From a virus (taxonomy: Duplodnaviria; Caudoviricetes), in the IMG/VR virus record IMGVR_UViG_2823592041_000002, positions 72,880 through 136,879 of that record: 64,000 nt of DNA; one strand, given 5' to 3'. Below, one piece after another: positions 46,576 through 56,288 of this stretch (the stretch's first letter is position 1; each line of letters opens with the position of its first letter). Both the position numbers and the translations under genes were made by a program. A model generated the notes under the pieces. The model did not search any database, was not told the origin of the DNA, and worked only from the letters and a program-made list of their open reading frames with translations.

Positions 46576-47784
46576 GTGGGGGATATGTTTAAAATACTAC
46601 TTTTTCTATTTTGCGTCTGTAATGTTGTTGCAGATAATGAAGTTTTTGAAAGAATAAAGAATGGAACCGTTGTTATCAAGAGGATGATGGGTTCTGAAAG
46701 TAGACATTTTTTCAAGAATGTTGGTTCTGGGTTTATAGTCGATCCTAAAAAAGGCTATGTTATGACTTGTGCTCATGTTCTTGCTGGTTGGCAGGAAAGA
46801 GACAAAGACAATAGGACTTTAGCTATTGGTTTGTTTGATGGAAGAACCGTCAAAGCAAAACCTGTATTAATGTATTATAATAGAGATATTGCAATAGTAC
46901 AGATAATACCAAATCAATATGTGAAGTTGCCATTACCTGATGATTATTCCGTATCATTTAGACATTCCAGTGATTTAGGTATGGGTGAGAATGTTTTTGT
47001 TCTTGGTAATCCTATGGGTATGCAAAGAATAATGACTTCTGGTATTATCTCAAGTTTAGGCAAAAGGGTTATGATGCCCGCTCCAACACTTTATGAGAAT
47101 ATGATCCAAACAGATGCTATCGTTTTAGGTGGTAATTCTGGTGGGGGGTTATTTGATTCTTCTGGTAGTGTTATTGGATTAGTAGTAATATCCGTCAAAG
47201 AAAAATATGGTTTAGCAGTCCCAAGTGCATTATTGATGCAGGTTTGGGATAATTTCGTTAATAGACGAAGTATACAAGCACCTATGATAGGGATTGCTGC
47301 AAGGTCTTCAAGTAAGAAAGATGATAAGAGAATAAACTATCAATCACATCTGGGTGTTATTGTAAATAAAGTTCTGAGAGGTTCTCCAGCTGCGAAAGTG
47401 TTAAAAGCAGGAGATTACATTGTCAGTTTAAATGGTGAAAGAACTTATGCTACATCAACTTTAAGAGCATTATTGCATCAAGAAAAAGTTGGTTCAGAAC
47501 ATCAAATCACTTATTTTAGAAAAGGTAAGATAAAAACTTCCAAAATAAAAACAGTGAATTCATATTTTGATTTACGACAAGAAGATATTGTTATCAGTAA
47601 ACAAGATACGAAGATGGCTAAAAGGAAGATCAAGAGAAAGAACATGCAAATGGAGATATTCAAAAATTTGTATGGTGTTCCAAAGATCAAAAGAAGTATA
47701 ACAAAGAAAGACAGAAAAAACAAAGTCACAAAATATCAGAAAAAATATAGAAAAACCTTAATGAAGATGGGTAATTATATTTGA
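46576..47784 (+). CDS. HtrA/DegP-like serine protease with PDZ domain
   Basis: Signal-like N-terminus; GSGFI, TCAHV (His), DIA (Asp), IQTDA...GNSGG (Ser); V..GSPA...LK.GD.I...NG PDZ. Confidence 0.9.
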   Translation: MGDMFKILLFLFCVCNVVADNEVFERIKNGTVVIKRMMGSESRHFFKNVGSGFIVDPKKGYVMTCAHVLAGWQERDKDNRTLAIGLFDGRTVKAKPVLMYYNRDIAIVQIIPNQYVKLPLPDDYSVSFRHSSDLGMGENVFVLGNPMGMQRIMTSGIISSLGKRVMMPAPTLYENMIQTDAIVLGGNSGGGLFDSSGSVIGLVVISVKEKYGLAVPSALLMQVWDNFVNRRSIQAPMIGIAARSSSKKDDKRINYQSHLGVIVNKVLRGSPAAKVLKAGDYIVSLNGERTYATSTLRALLHQEKVGSEHQITYFRKGKIKTSKIKTVNSYFDLRQEDIVISKQDTKMAKRKIKRKNMQMEIFKNLYGVPKIKRSITKKDRKNKVTKYQKKYRKTLMKMGNYI

Positions 47785-47809
47785 CATGAATCTCTCCTTA
47801 TAGTATAAT
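47781..47809 (+). promoter_or_regulatory. Sigma70-type early promoter
   Basis: TTGACA-N17-TATAAT. Confidence 0.75.
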
Positions 47810-47828
47810 AGTAATATAAGGGGAAAAG

Positions 47829-48392
47829 ATGAATGTATTTGTTTTAGATAAAGACCCAGTAAAAGCTGCGGTACAACAGTGTGACAAACATATTGTGAAG
47901 ATGATACTGGAGAGTGCTCAAATGCTCTCTACATCTCACAGGATGTTGGATGGTGTCAAGGTCAGAAAACCTTCCAAGTCAGGTAAGACAACAGTCAATC
48001 ACTATATTCTACCAGATCATCCACATGAGAGTGTTCTATACAAAGCTGTACATTTCAACCACCCTTGTACGGTATGGACTAGAGAAAGTCTAGAAAATTA
48101 TGAATGGCATTACAGGCATTTTGTTGCGTTATGCGACGAATACAGGTACAGGTATGGTAAGGTACATCAAAGTGATAGAATCCTTCGAGAAGTCCTTAAA
48201 ACACCCCCTAAGAACATACCACAGAAGGGTTTGACGCAATTTCCACTAGCTATGAACACAAATCCAGAGTGTATGTTTCCAAAAGACCCAGTAAAATCGT
48301 ATAGAATGTTCTATCAGACTAAACAAAAACGATTTTCTATGGTGTGGTCTAAAAGAAAAATACCCAAATGGTTTAAAAAGTTGACTAAATAA
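47829..48392 (+). CDS. Pyrimidine-dimer DNA glycosylase-like (DenV-related) protein
   Basis: MNVF.LD..P..AA...CDKH.VKMILESAQMLST, H.NHPCTVW, EY..RYGK.H, SYR.FY. Confidence 0.75.
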   Translation: MNVFVLDKDPVKAAVQQCDKHIVKMILESAQMLSTSHRMLDGVKVRKPSKSGKTTVNHYILPDHPHESVLYKAVHFNHPCTVWTRESLENYEWHYRHFVALCDEYRYRYGKVHQSDRILREVLKTPPKNIPQKGLTQFPLAMNTNPECMFPKDPVKSYRMFYQTKQKRFSMVWSKRKIPKWFKKLTK

Positions 48393-48447
48393 CTTGGAAT
48401 AGTATATTATTTATGATAGAATAGATTATGGTGAAATTCATAAGGAT

Positions 48448-49254
48448 ATGAAAATGACACCACTAGATAAAGATGGAGTGCTAGTCCCATATCAAGAGAA
48501 CTTTATAAACCTATTATTGGTTGAAGATAAAGAACAGTGTAGAATAAACCTTATTGGTAAGTTCCGACAGATGAACTTTGAAGTAGAAACTTTCATAAAT
48601 TGTTCAGAAGCGCAGAAAAGACTAGATGACGAAAACCAACCAGGAATTGATTTCTTGGTTATAGATGCAGATGTTGTGAATGGAATAGATGGCATTTCTT
48701 TCGCAAGGAGACATAGAGAAAAGTATCCAATTTTACTAATATCATCAAAATCTGAGTCTTTGGATGAAGTTAAGGAAGAAGGGTTTATAACATTACATAA
48801 ACCAGATGAAGACCATTTACTGGCTAATAAGATCAACAGAGCAAAACATGAGTTTTTAGAAGCAAAGACTATAAAAGAAACAAAAGATGGTTTAGAGAAT
48901 TTGCAAAATGTAGTTTGTGATATTCAGGGAAATTTGAATTCATTGGTAGATGTTGTAAGTTGTCACTCAGAAAAGACACAACAAGATTTAAAAGATATAA
49001 AGGATATGTTTGTAGAAAATAGGGAAACTCAGAAAGTAAAAGAAGAGCAAAACAAAAAGTTATCTCTGATGGAACTTTTAAGATCTCCTAATTTGAAGAA
49101 TATGGTGGAGTTGATAAAGGTAGCATTTTCAACATTGAGAGTGTTTCTGATAATCGTAATGTTGATTGTTATGATGTTTGCTTCACAAAATGATAAAGTA
49201 AAAGAAATTGTACAACCGTATATTTCTGGCATTATAAGTATTGGTAAACCTTGA
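48448..49254 (+). CDS. Orphan response-regulator receiver domain with coiled coil and C-terminal TM
   Basis: LLLVED, FLVID (phosphoacceptor Asp), DGISF, ILLISS, LHKP; hydrophobic VFLIIVMLIVMMFA. Confidence 0.75.
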   Translation: MKMTPLDKDGVLVPYQENFINLLLVEDKEQCRINLIGKFRQMNFEVETFINCSEAQKRLDDENQPGIDFLVIDADVVNGIDGISFARRHREKYPILLISSKSESLDEVKEEGFITLHKPDEDHLLANKINRAKHEFLEAKTIKETKDGLENLQNVVCDIQGNLNSLVDVVSCHSEKTQQDLKDIKDMFVENRETQKVKEEQNKKLSLMELLRSPNLKNMVELIKVAFSTLRVFLIIVMLIVMMFASQNDKVKEIVQPYISGIISIGKP

Positions 49255-49264
49255 AAGGTATTTT

Positions 49265-49642
49265 ATGAAAAAGAATGATCCAAGTGACGATTTTGAGACA
49301 GAAAAATTACCCCCATATGTTGAGGTCTATTTTGAGAATGATCTTTTATATAGAGGTTTTTTGATAGATGTTGTGGTCGACGAACAAGAAAAAGAAAACA
49401 GTCATTACGCTGTTTCTTGTATAAATGGTGAGTTGTTATGCGTTCCATTATACGATGAAAGGTGGTCTGTACACCATTTAGGTACAGGTGATGATAAACC
49501 TACACCTTGGCAACTAGCTAAAAAAGAATTTGATATTCTTTGTACAGAAAGAACTGCTTATGAAATGGTGAGCATGGGATTCTTTACTGGGTTTTTTCTT
49601 GGATTTTTTGGAATGTTCTTTCTAGGTTGGATGATTTTCTAG
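49265..49642 (+). CDS. Hypothetical protein with C-terminal TM
   Basis: GFFTGFFLGFFGMFFLGWMIF tail. Confidence 0.6.
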   Translation: MKKNDPSDDFETEKLPPYVEVYFENDLLYRGFLIDVVVDEQEKENSHYAVSCINGELLCVPLYDERWSVHHLGTGDDKPTPWQLAKKEFDILCTERTAYEMVSMGFFTGFFLGFFGMFFLGWMIF

Positions 49643-49645
49643 TTT

Positions 49646-49653
49646 TATAAATA
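49646..49653 (+). promoter_or_regulatory. T4-type late promoter for the fibre cluster
   Basis: Exact TATAAATA. Confidence 0.8.
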
Positions 49654-49679
49654 TAGAAAGAATATATTGGAGAAATAAT

Positions 49680-51452
49680 ATGGGAACTCAGATAACACCT
49701 ACTGGAATAAAATTTCCAAATAATGATACAGAACAAACTAAACCTGTTGTATCTGTAAATTCCACTGCACCAGATGATTCAGGTAATATAGAAGTTGCTG
49801 CTGGTGGTGGTGCAACCTACACTAGTCAGGACTATCATGCATCCACTGACTTTTTATTTAAAGATTCAAAATGGTATGGTGGACATCTTGTATACAGTTA
49901 TTCTACTAATGCATCTGCCATTGAAAATCTTTCTGTTGGTAGTGTATTACACGAAGTTAGTTCTGGTTTACCATTTTCTGTTGTATCTATTGATGCAGCT
50001 GCTAATCAAATCACTTTAAATAGAGGTGATTTTACAGACTTAAATACATCTAATAGGGTATTGGAAGATAGAGAAAATTCAACTTTTGGTGGTACAACTT
50101 TCACTTATATTTCTGGTGCCAATAATTCACTAAACTGTACAAATATATGGTTGCAAGTAAAAGGTAATGAGAATCACGCAAATACCACAACTTTACCAAC
50201 TACAAACAATTCAGTTGCAAACTTACCTATGAAACTAGATCATCTCCCAAGTATGGCAACACATATTATATTCAGAGTTTCATCTGAGACAGGTGGTTCT
50301 TTTAAAATTTATAATAGAGAAACGTTTAACACCAGACCTGCTGATGCTGAATTACTCCCTTCTGAAATAGTTCACCAAATTGATATTGAAGGGTCTGGAA
50401 CTCAATCTGGATTTTCTGAATTTCGTGTTCCTATCAATTCATATTTTAGATTTTGGGTTACTGGTGGAGCAAAGGCAAATTTATATCCAGTTGGTTATAG
50501 TGTTTTGGATTTATCTGAAATTGATCTTGAATCTGCTTCCAATCCAGTTATTGATGCTATAGAAACCAGAGTTACTACATTAGAGACTAATGATGTAGTC
50601 ACTACTGTTAATGGTCAAACTGGTGATGTTACTGTATCTACATTCGATGGAAATTATAATTCATTAGATAATAAACCTTCATTGTTTGATGGAGACTATG
50701 ATTCATTATCTAATAAACCTACCATACCTACAGATATAAATCAATTGGATGACGATAGTCAACTTTTAAGTTCTGGTGGCGGTGGCGGTGCATATTCCTT
50801 TTATAGATTAATAACAGGAAGTTCTGAATTTACAAATATGAAGACTGACGGTTCTAATATTTTGAGGGCTGGTATTAAATATCGGATTAGTTTGATTGGT
50901 GCTGGAGGGGGTAGTTGGAGAGAAGGGAATTATTCATACATGCTTCACACTGCTGGTGGCGGTGGAGGTTCTATAAACTTTTACTACACACCAAGTGTTG
51001 ATACTTCTTATGAGGTATCTATAGGTAACGCAGGATCGACTTACAATTATGCGGATATTAATAAAGAGACTTCAATTGTTTTTAGTGATGGTTCGGAAGC
51101 TCGAGCTCACGGAGGTGAAAATGGTAGCAGTACAAAACGACTTTATAATGGAGGTTCTTATTCATATATAGCTAATAGTTCGAGTTTTGAATTTATAGAT
51201 GGGGCTATCGGAGGGAAGGGTTGGTATTATGATGACGGATCAACCCCAGCAAGAGCTAACCCAAATTCGGGTTTTGGTGGTGACGATTCTTTAGGCCCTA
51301 GTTCAAAAGCATATACAGGTTACACAGCTAGTGGTGCTGGGGGGATGAGTGGTAGAAGTTTGGAATTTGTTGAGCGAAGAGGAAACGGAAGTGGCGGTGG
51401 ATATGATAATGGCAGTGATGGTGCCATTTTGATTCAATGGAGCATAGAATAA
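49680..51452 (+). CDS. Tail fibre-like protein with glycine-rich C-terminal domain
   Basis: GI.FP....Q, V.SVN...PD.SGN, VTTVNGQTGDV, FDG.Y.SL.NKP repeats, GAGGG/GGGGG tip. Confidence 0.75.
   Translation: MGTQITPTGIKFPNNDTEQTKPVVSVNSTAPDDSGNIEVAAGGGATYTSQDYHASTDFLFKDSKWYGGHLVYSYSTNASAIENLSVGSVLHEVSSGLPFSVVSIDAAANQITLNRGDFTDLNTSNRVLEDRENSTFGGTTFTYISGANNSLNCTNIWLQVKGNENHANTTTLPTTNNSVANLPMKLDHLPSMATHIIFRVSSETGGSFKIYNRETFNTRPADAELLPSEIVHQIDIEGSGTQSGFSEFRVPINSYFRFWVTGGAKANLYPVGYSVLDLSEIDLESASNPVIDAIETRVTTLETNDVVTTVNGQTGDVTVSTFDGNYNSLDNKPSLFDGDYDSLSNKPTIPTDINQLDDDSQLLSSGGGGGAYSFYRLITGSSEFTNMKTDGSNILRAGIKYRISLIGAGGGSWREGNYSYMLHTAGGGGGSINFYYTPSVDTSYEVSIGNAGSTYNYADINKETSIVFSDGSEARAHGGENGSSTKRLYNGGSYSYIANSSSFEFIDGAIGGKGWYYDDGSTPARANPNSGFGGDDSLGPSSKAYTGYTASGAGGMSGRSLEFVERRGNGSGGGYDNGSDGAILIQWSIE
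50701..50779 (+). repeat. 79-bp block identical to 52303-52381
   Basis: ATTCATTATCTAATAAACCTACC...TTAAGTTCTGGTGG in both fibre genes. Confidence 0.9.
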
Positions 51453-51739
51453 TGGAAATTTTAGACAAATTAAAAAATTTAATATCATCTACTTTACAGA
51501 AAACAGACCATGTACACTTTTCCGAATTTCTTAGTGAAGAAGATAAAAAAATCATAACTGAACAAAGAGATTCAATATGGAATAAGTATCAAAATATTAA
51601 AAAATTCATTTTGGATAATAAACAGGAAGATATTTCTATATATTTAGAGAATCTAGAATCTTGTTTAGATAGAGGTGACAGTTTAAATAAAATATTCGAA
51701 TATTTTGGAATTGAAGAACCAGAGGAATTGACCGAATAA
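51452..51739 (+). CDS. Small acidic protein, possible fibre assembly chaperone
   Basis: Start overlaps fibre stop (TAATG). Confidence 0.5.
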   Translation: MEILDKLKNLISSTLQKTDHVHFSEFLSEEDKKIITEQRDSIWNKYQNIKKFILDNKQEDISIYLENLESCLDRGDSLNKIFEYFGIEEPEELTE

Positions 51740-51761
51740 ATAAATCTATAGGAGAAATGAT

Positions 51762-52892
51762 ATGGCAAAATTAGTAACTTCAGATGGAGTTCAAATAAAT
51801 CTGTTTTTAGATTTGAATTCTCATAACACAGGAGAAGGAACATTATTATATGGTCCAAAATCCCAAGCTGAAATGGATTTTATTGTCAAAGGTTTCAGAA
51901 ATTTTAAAACTAATACTGAATATAACGATAAGAATAGATTAGAATTTCATTCTGATGTTGAAATTGAAGTGAGTATTTCTACTCTAATGAGTGCAAATCC
52001 AACATCATCTAGTCAATATACAGTTCCAGGACATTCTAATACAAAACTATACTTTGTTGGGGATGATTTGGTATTATCCAAGACTGGTTCTAAAATACAT
52101 AGAATTGATTTGTTTACGAGTGCTAGTTCTAATACTGTCACTTCAGTTAATGGAAATTCCCCAGATGCAAGTGGGAATGTTACTGTATCTACTGGAAGTT
52201 CATTCGATGGAGATTATAATTCATTATCTAATAAACCTTCATTGTTTGATGGAGATTATAATTCATTATCTAATAAACCTTCATTGTTTGATGGAAATTA
52301 TAATTCATTATCTAATAAACCTACCATACCTACAGATATAAATCAATTGGATGACGATAGTCAACTTTTAAGTTCTGGTGGAGGTGGAGGTTTTACAAAT
52401 CAAAAAGTCTTCACAGCATCAACAACTTGGACTGTTCCAGCAGGAGTTGACAAAGTTAAGATTTCGGTTACTGGATCTGGAGATAGGGGTGGTAGTGATG
52501 GAAGTAATGGACTAAGAGCCGGAGGGGCTGGTGGCAGTGCTATAGCAATTTTCAGTGTAACGTCTGGAGAAACATTAACCATGACATTGGGCGCACCTAA
52601 GAGTAATTCATTTGTTGAAATTTCAGGTAGAAGTGGTAACATAGCAGGGTTTTCCGCACAAAGTGCTAGTGGTGGTGCGTCACATTGCACAATAACAACA
52701 GGACTTATAGGTGATGCCTTGCTCGTTCAAGGAGGGTCATTCCAAGGCCAAACAGATGTAAGGATGGGAGCATCTTCCATATATGGAAATGGTGAGGCAT
52801 ATGGTGGGGGTTCAGGTCACTCAAGTTGGAGTAGTTGGACAAACTCATATACAACAAGTCCGGGAGTTGCGGTCGTAGTATTGGAGTATTAA
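51762..52892 (+). CDS. Tail fibre-like protein with glycine-rich C-terminal domain
   Basis: VTSVNG.SPD.SGNV, 3x FDG.YNSLSNKP, FT.S.TWTVPAGV..V. Confidence 0.75.
   Translation: MAKLVTSDGVQINLFLDLNSHNTGEGTLLYGPKSQAEMDFIVKGFRNFKTNTEYNDKNRLEFHSDVEIEVSISTLMSANPTSSSQYTVPGHSNTKLYFVGDDLVLSKTGSKIHRIDLFTSASSNTVTSVNGNSPDASGNVTVSTGSSFDGDYNSLSNKPSLFDGDYNSLSNKPSLFDGNYNSLSNKPTIPTDINQLDDDSQLLSSGGGGGFTNQKVFTASTTWTVPAGVDKVKISVTGSGDRGGSDGSNGLRAGGAGGSAIAIFSVTSGETLTMTLGAPKSNSFVEISGRSGNIAGFSAQSASGGASHCTITTGLIGDALLVQGGSFQGQTDVRMGASSIYGNGEAYGGGSGHSSWSSWTNSYTTSPGVAVVVLEY
52203..52322 (+). repeat. Tandem 42-bp (14-aa) coding repeat, about 3 copies
   Basis: FDGDYNSLSNKPSL unit; two related copies at about 50643-50720. 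Confidence 0.9.
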
Positions 52893-52893
52893 A

Positions 52894-53346
52894 ATGATAG
52901 CATATTTATTAACAAAAGATGGAAAAATAGAAAATACGGTTATTGTTGACCCAGAAAACATAATATTTGATGATTGTATAACAGAACCTGTCCCAGAAGG
53001 ATTAGTAACTCCAAAATGGAATAGAAAATCTAAAAAATGGACAGAAGGTGCTACCCAAAAACAACTTTCAGAAAGATTAGAAGGTCTGAAAGAAGAGAAA
53101 AAATCTGGAAATAGATTACAAGTAAGAACTTTGTGTTTAGAAATAGCAGAAGAGATAGAGCAAACAAACTGGTTAAACTTCCCAGAAGATTATGAACCAG
53201 AAGAGATTGAAGAATTAAAAAATCAAATCAGAGAAATCAGGACAAAAGGTAGAGAAATCAGAGCAAACATTGATGCTGCTCAAAGTCTTGAAGAGATATA
53301 TGAACTTGATTTGAACATAATTCCAGAAGAAGTAGAAGGAGAATAA
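52894..53346 (+). CDS. Tail fibre assembly chaperone-like protein
   Basis: P.GL..PKW....KKW.EGAT, I.AA.SLEEI..LDL; directly follows a fibre gene. Confidence 0.65.
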   Translation: MIAYLLTKDGKIENTVIVDPENIIFDDCITEPVPEGLVTPKWNRKSKKWTEGATQKQLSERLEGLKEEKKSGNRLQVRTLCLEIAEEIEQTNWLNFPEDYEPEEIEELKNQIREIRTKGREIRANIDAAQSLEEIYELDLNIIPEEVEGE

Positions 53347-53347
53347 A

Positions 53348-55183
53348 ATGTCAAGTAAAATGACAGGTGAAGATATAGGGATAAACACCTTAGATCCAAA
53401 AGTTAGACTGCACATCAATAATGGTGCTGTTTTTGTCGATAGTGGTGGACTGAACCCAAATTCAACACCACTCAATTCTTATTACAATACTGGAAATGAA
53501 ACCTCACCACAGATAATTCTGGGGAATGAATGGGCTTGGGATAGTACTCGTCAATCTAGTCTCTTCACCAAAATTAAAGCAAGAGTTATGAATTATAACG
53601 GTGGTGGGATGCGATTAAGTATGAATGATGGGTCTCAACTTTATGACCATGCCAGTGGTCAATGGTTAGATAAAACATATGATTATGATGTTTATCCATC
53701 CCAATATTTGCATTTAAATATACTTTCAAATACTAATCAAGGAAGTGGGACATTACTTACTTGTGGTCTGAATGTTAGTGGAAACTATACTGGAAGTTTA
53801 AGTGGTGGTGATAGGTTATCTTTATATGCCGATGGTAGTTTAAAAATTACAGGACATTTAAGAATAGGTGATTCTCATGCTTCTGGGGGAACAAGTTATG
53901 GTCAAGGTTCTATAAGATATAATAGTTCAACAAATGATTTTGAAGGGTTTACTAGTGAATGGAAAAGTTTAACTCAAAGTGGTGGACTTTCCAATACTAC
54001 AACTACTTTGTTTTATAATAAGAGTATTGCAGTAAATGATGTATCAGGTGCTACCAATCAAGTATACGTATATGGGAAAGCATCTTCGAATCCGGATTAT
54101 GTGGTGTCTGAATTTCAAGATTTCAAATCAAATCATGATGACAAATACAAATTAGTGTTCTATAGTCAAGATGGTACGTCTGAGGTTTTAATCTCCGATT
54201 TGATAGATATTAATCCGTCATCAAATAATTATTTTTATTTGCAATATGATGACCAAACAAATAATGACGGATATCATGCTGTTTATTTTGACGGAGATGA
54301 TTTATATTATAGAGTTGGTTATAGTGGTTCTACTGGTGGATCAAATACTAGATTTGCAACTTATAGAATAGAGATGCATAGCTATGCAGAAGCACCTTCA
54401 AATATATACACAAAATCTGAGGTGAATGCATTAATATCATCAGTTGCTACTGGTTCTGATGAGAGCGCTATTCTGTGGTTTCATTATCCAAATAATCATA
54501 CTGGTAATCCGCAAAATGATACAGCAATAATGGATGCTTTAAATTCAACATACCCACCTGCTGATTATTCACCACTAAAAAGGTTGATTTTACATACTAA
54601 TGACCAAGAGGGTTCTGCTGGTGACACTCAATTTAGAAGTAAAGGGTATTTGTTTATCAGAAACCAAACTTTACTTCAGTGGGACTTTATAGATTTAATT
54701 GATAGCAATTTTGATTGGTCTTTGATAGAACCTCCAACACCTCCAACACCTCCAACTGCTGGAAATAATTTTATACATGTTGAATCTAATACAATAAATG
54801 TTGCTGATGGTACTACTCCATCATATACAGTAGGTGGTTGGAATGTTTTAACTTTTGATGATTTGTTTCCAACTTTGACGGAAAATGCTGTATTTTTAGT
54901 AACATGTTATGTTCTTTGGATTCCTATAAATGCTGGCCACAGTGTTTATTTTAGAAACCCTCACCCAAATGGTATTAGTGATAATAGTACACCATACACA
55001 AATGTAATTGATCCAAATGATAGTGCATTTTTAATTAGAGGTCCAAATGGTGGGGGTAGTATGATGTTCACTATGGTTGCTGAAAGGTCTTCTGGTTCAA
55101 GTGTTGCAATAAAATATTGGCCAACTCAAGGTGGGGCATCACATTTAACATTTACTTCATCACACTGTATGAAAATAGGATAA
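53348..55183 (+). CDS. Tail fibre/spike-like structural protein
   Basis: IGINT.DP...LHI, G.IRYNS.T.DFEG, YTK.EV; PPT linker before C-terminal domain. Confidence 0.7.
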   Translation: MSSKMTGEDIGINTLDPKVRLHINNGAVFVDSGGLNPNSTPLNSYYNTGNETSPQIILGNEWAWDSTRQSSLFTKIKARVMNYNGGGMRLSMNDGSQLYDHASGQWLDKTYDYDVYPSQYLHLNILSNTNQGSGTLLTCGLNVSGNYTGSLSGGDRLSLYADGSLKITGHLRIGDSHASGGTSYGQGSIRYNSSTNDFEGFTSEWKSLTQSGGLSNTTTTLFYNKSIAVNDVSGATNQVYVYGKASSNPDYVVSEFQDFKSNHDDKYKLVFYSQDGTSEVLISDLIDINPSSNNYFYLQYDDQTNNDGYHAVYFDGDDLYYRVGYSGSTGGSNTRFATYRIEMHSYAEAPSNIYTKSEVNALISSVATGSDESAILWFHYPNNHTGNPQNDTAIMDALNSTYPPADYSPLKRLILHTNDQEGSAGDTQFRSKGYLFIRNQTLLQWDFIDLIDSNFDWSLIEPPTPPTPPTAGNNFIHVESNTINVADGTTPSYTVGGWNVLTFDDLFPTLTENAVFLVTCYVLWIPINAGHSVYFRNPHPNGISDNSTPYTNVIDPNDSAFLIRGPNGGGSMMFTMVAERSSGSSVAIKYWPTQGGASHLTFTSSHCMKIG

Positions 55184-55199
55184 ATATTATTAACAATAA

Positions 55200-55272
55200 G
55201 GGTGATTAGCTCAGTTGGGAGAGCACCTGCTTTGCAAGCAGGGGGTCAGCGGTTCGAACCCGCTATCATCCA
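55200..55272 (+). tRNA. tRNA-Ala (TGC), CCA not encoded
   Basis: Acceptor GGGTGAT/ATCATCC with G3:U70, D-arm GCTC/GAGC, anticodon arm CCTGC-TT-TGC-AA-GCAGG, T-arm AGCGG-TTCGAAC-CCGCT, discriminator A. Confidence 0.97.
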
Positions 55273-55292
55273 TTTTATTTAAGGAGTATATT

Positions 55293-55451
55293 ATGAGTAT
55301 TTCAAATTTATTAAAAACCTTAGCATTGTTCTTTGGTTCTCAATTCATCCTTTCAGCATTAGGTATATACAATCCAGGGCTATGGTTCTTAACTGGTTGG
55401 ATTTTATGTTATATTGACATTGCCCTTGAAAGAGGGAACCTTAAATGGTGA
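55293..55451 (+). CDS. Small two-TM membrane protein
   Basis: AAGGAG SD before ATG 55293 (the track start at 55215 lies inside the tRNA). Confidence 0.6.
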   Translation: MSISNLLKTLALFFGSQFILSALGIYNPGLWFLTGWILCYIDIALERGNLKW

Positions 55452-55475
55452 TATAAATAATTATGTGGAGATTGT

Positions 55476-55988
55476 GTGATTAATAATCAAAAAGAAGTAA
55501 ATGCTAGAAGAATATATCTAAAACATGAAGATAAAATTCATGAATTTAAAACATATACTTCACCTTTTGTGTGTAAAGTTTGTTACCATGATCCAAACTG
55601 CCCAATAGTGGTGGATGCTTATAGTGATGACCCTATAGAGATATTAGAATTTAATAAATTCGAAAAACAATTTAAATATGAATCAGTTCATTTTTATGGT
55701 GAAGGGTACTGCATGGACATAATTTCTATTGAAATTAAAATAGTGAATTCTTATGCATTTTCAATTTTAATAACAAGAGAATCACCCTTTACTGAAATGC
55801 CTCTAGATTTTCATGAAATTTCATGTAATCATGTTTTAACGCCTAGATTTATTCATGAGAGTTTATTGTCTAGGTTAATAACATCTGTTAAAAATGTAGA
55901 ACCAATTAAAAAACTTTTAGAACTTAAAAGAGATGATGATGAGAGTAATAGGGGGAATTCATTTAAACCCCCAGTAAGCATTTATTAA
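55476..55988 (+). CDS. Hypothetical protein
   Basis: Late promoter TATAAATA at 55452-55459, GGAG SD, GTG start. Confidence 0.6.
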   Translation: MINNQKEVNARRIYLKHEDKIHEFKTYTSPFVCKVCYHDPNCPIVVDAYSDDPIEILEFNKFEKQFKYESVHFYGEGYCMDIISIEIKIVNSYAFSILITRESPFTEMPLDFHEISCNHVLTPRFIHESLLSRLITSVKNVEPIKKLLELKRDDDESNRGNSFKPPVSIY

Positions 55989-56002
55989 TTATAAATAAAT
56001 TT

Positions 56003-56236
56003 ATGGAAGAACAGAATATAAAAAATTCACCCGACCCAAAATTGAGATGGCAGAACAGAAGAAGAATGGCATGGACCGCTCTAGTGTCTATCTTGGTGGT
56101 AACATTTTTATCATTTTTTATAGTCGATGAATCAAGATTAAAATTGTTATCAGATGTCATCAATATGTTCTATCTTTCAATGGCCTCTATCGTAGGTGCA
56201 TATGTTGGATTTGCAACTCTAGATAAGAAAAATTAG
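56003..56236 (+). CDS. Holin-like two-TM protein
   Basis: W.NRRRMAW + TM1, TM2 FYLSMASIVGAYVGFAT; late promoter at 55990-55997. Confidence 0.55.
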   Translation: MEEQNIKNSPDPKLRWQNRRRMAWTALVSILVVTFLSFFIVDESRLKLLSDVINMFYLSMASIVGAYVGFATLDKKN

Positions 56237-56288
56237 TTGACAATTTCTATACAATTATTATATAATAAAGTATACATTGGAGAACTAA

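Noticed and set aside
52203-52322. 42-bp tandem repeats as CRISPR or DGR template/variable repeats
   Set aside because: In-frame coding repeats without spacers; differences are not adenine-specific; no reverse transcriptase in the window
54731-54757. CCTCCAACA x3 repeat
   Set aside because: Simple Pro-Pro-Thr linker in a fibre protein
55215-55292. N-terminal extension of the 55215 ORF (MGEHLLCKQGVSGSNPL)
   Set aside because: It is the translated tRNA-Ala; the real start is ATG 55293 with AAGGAG
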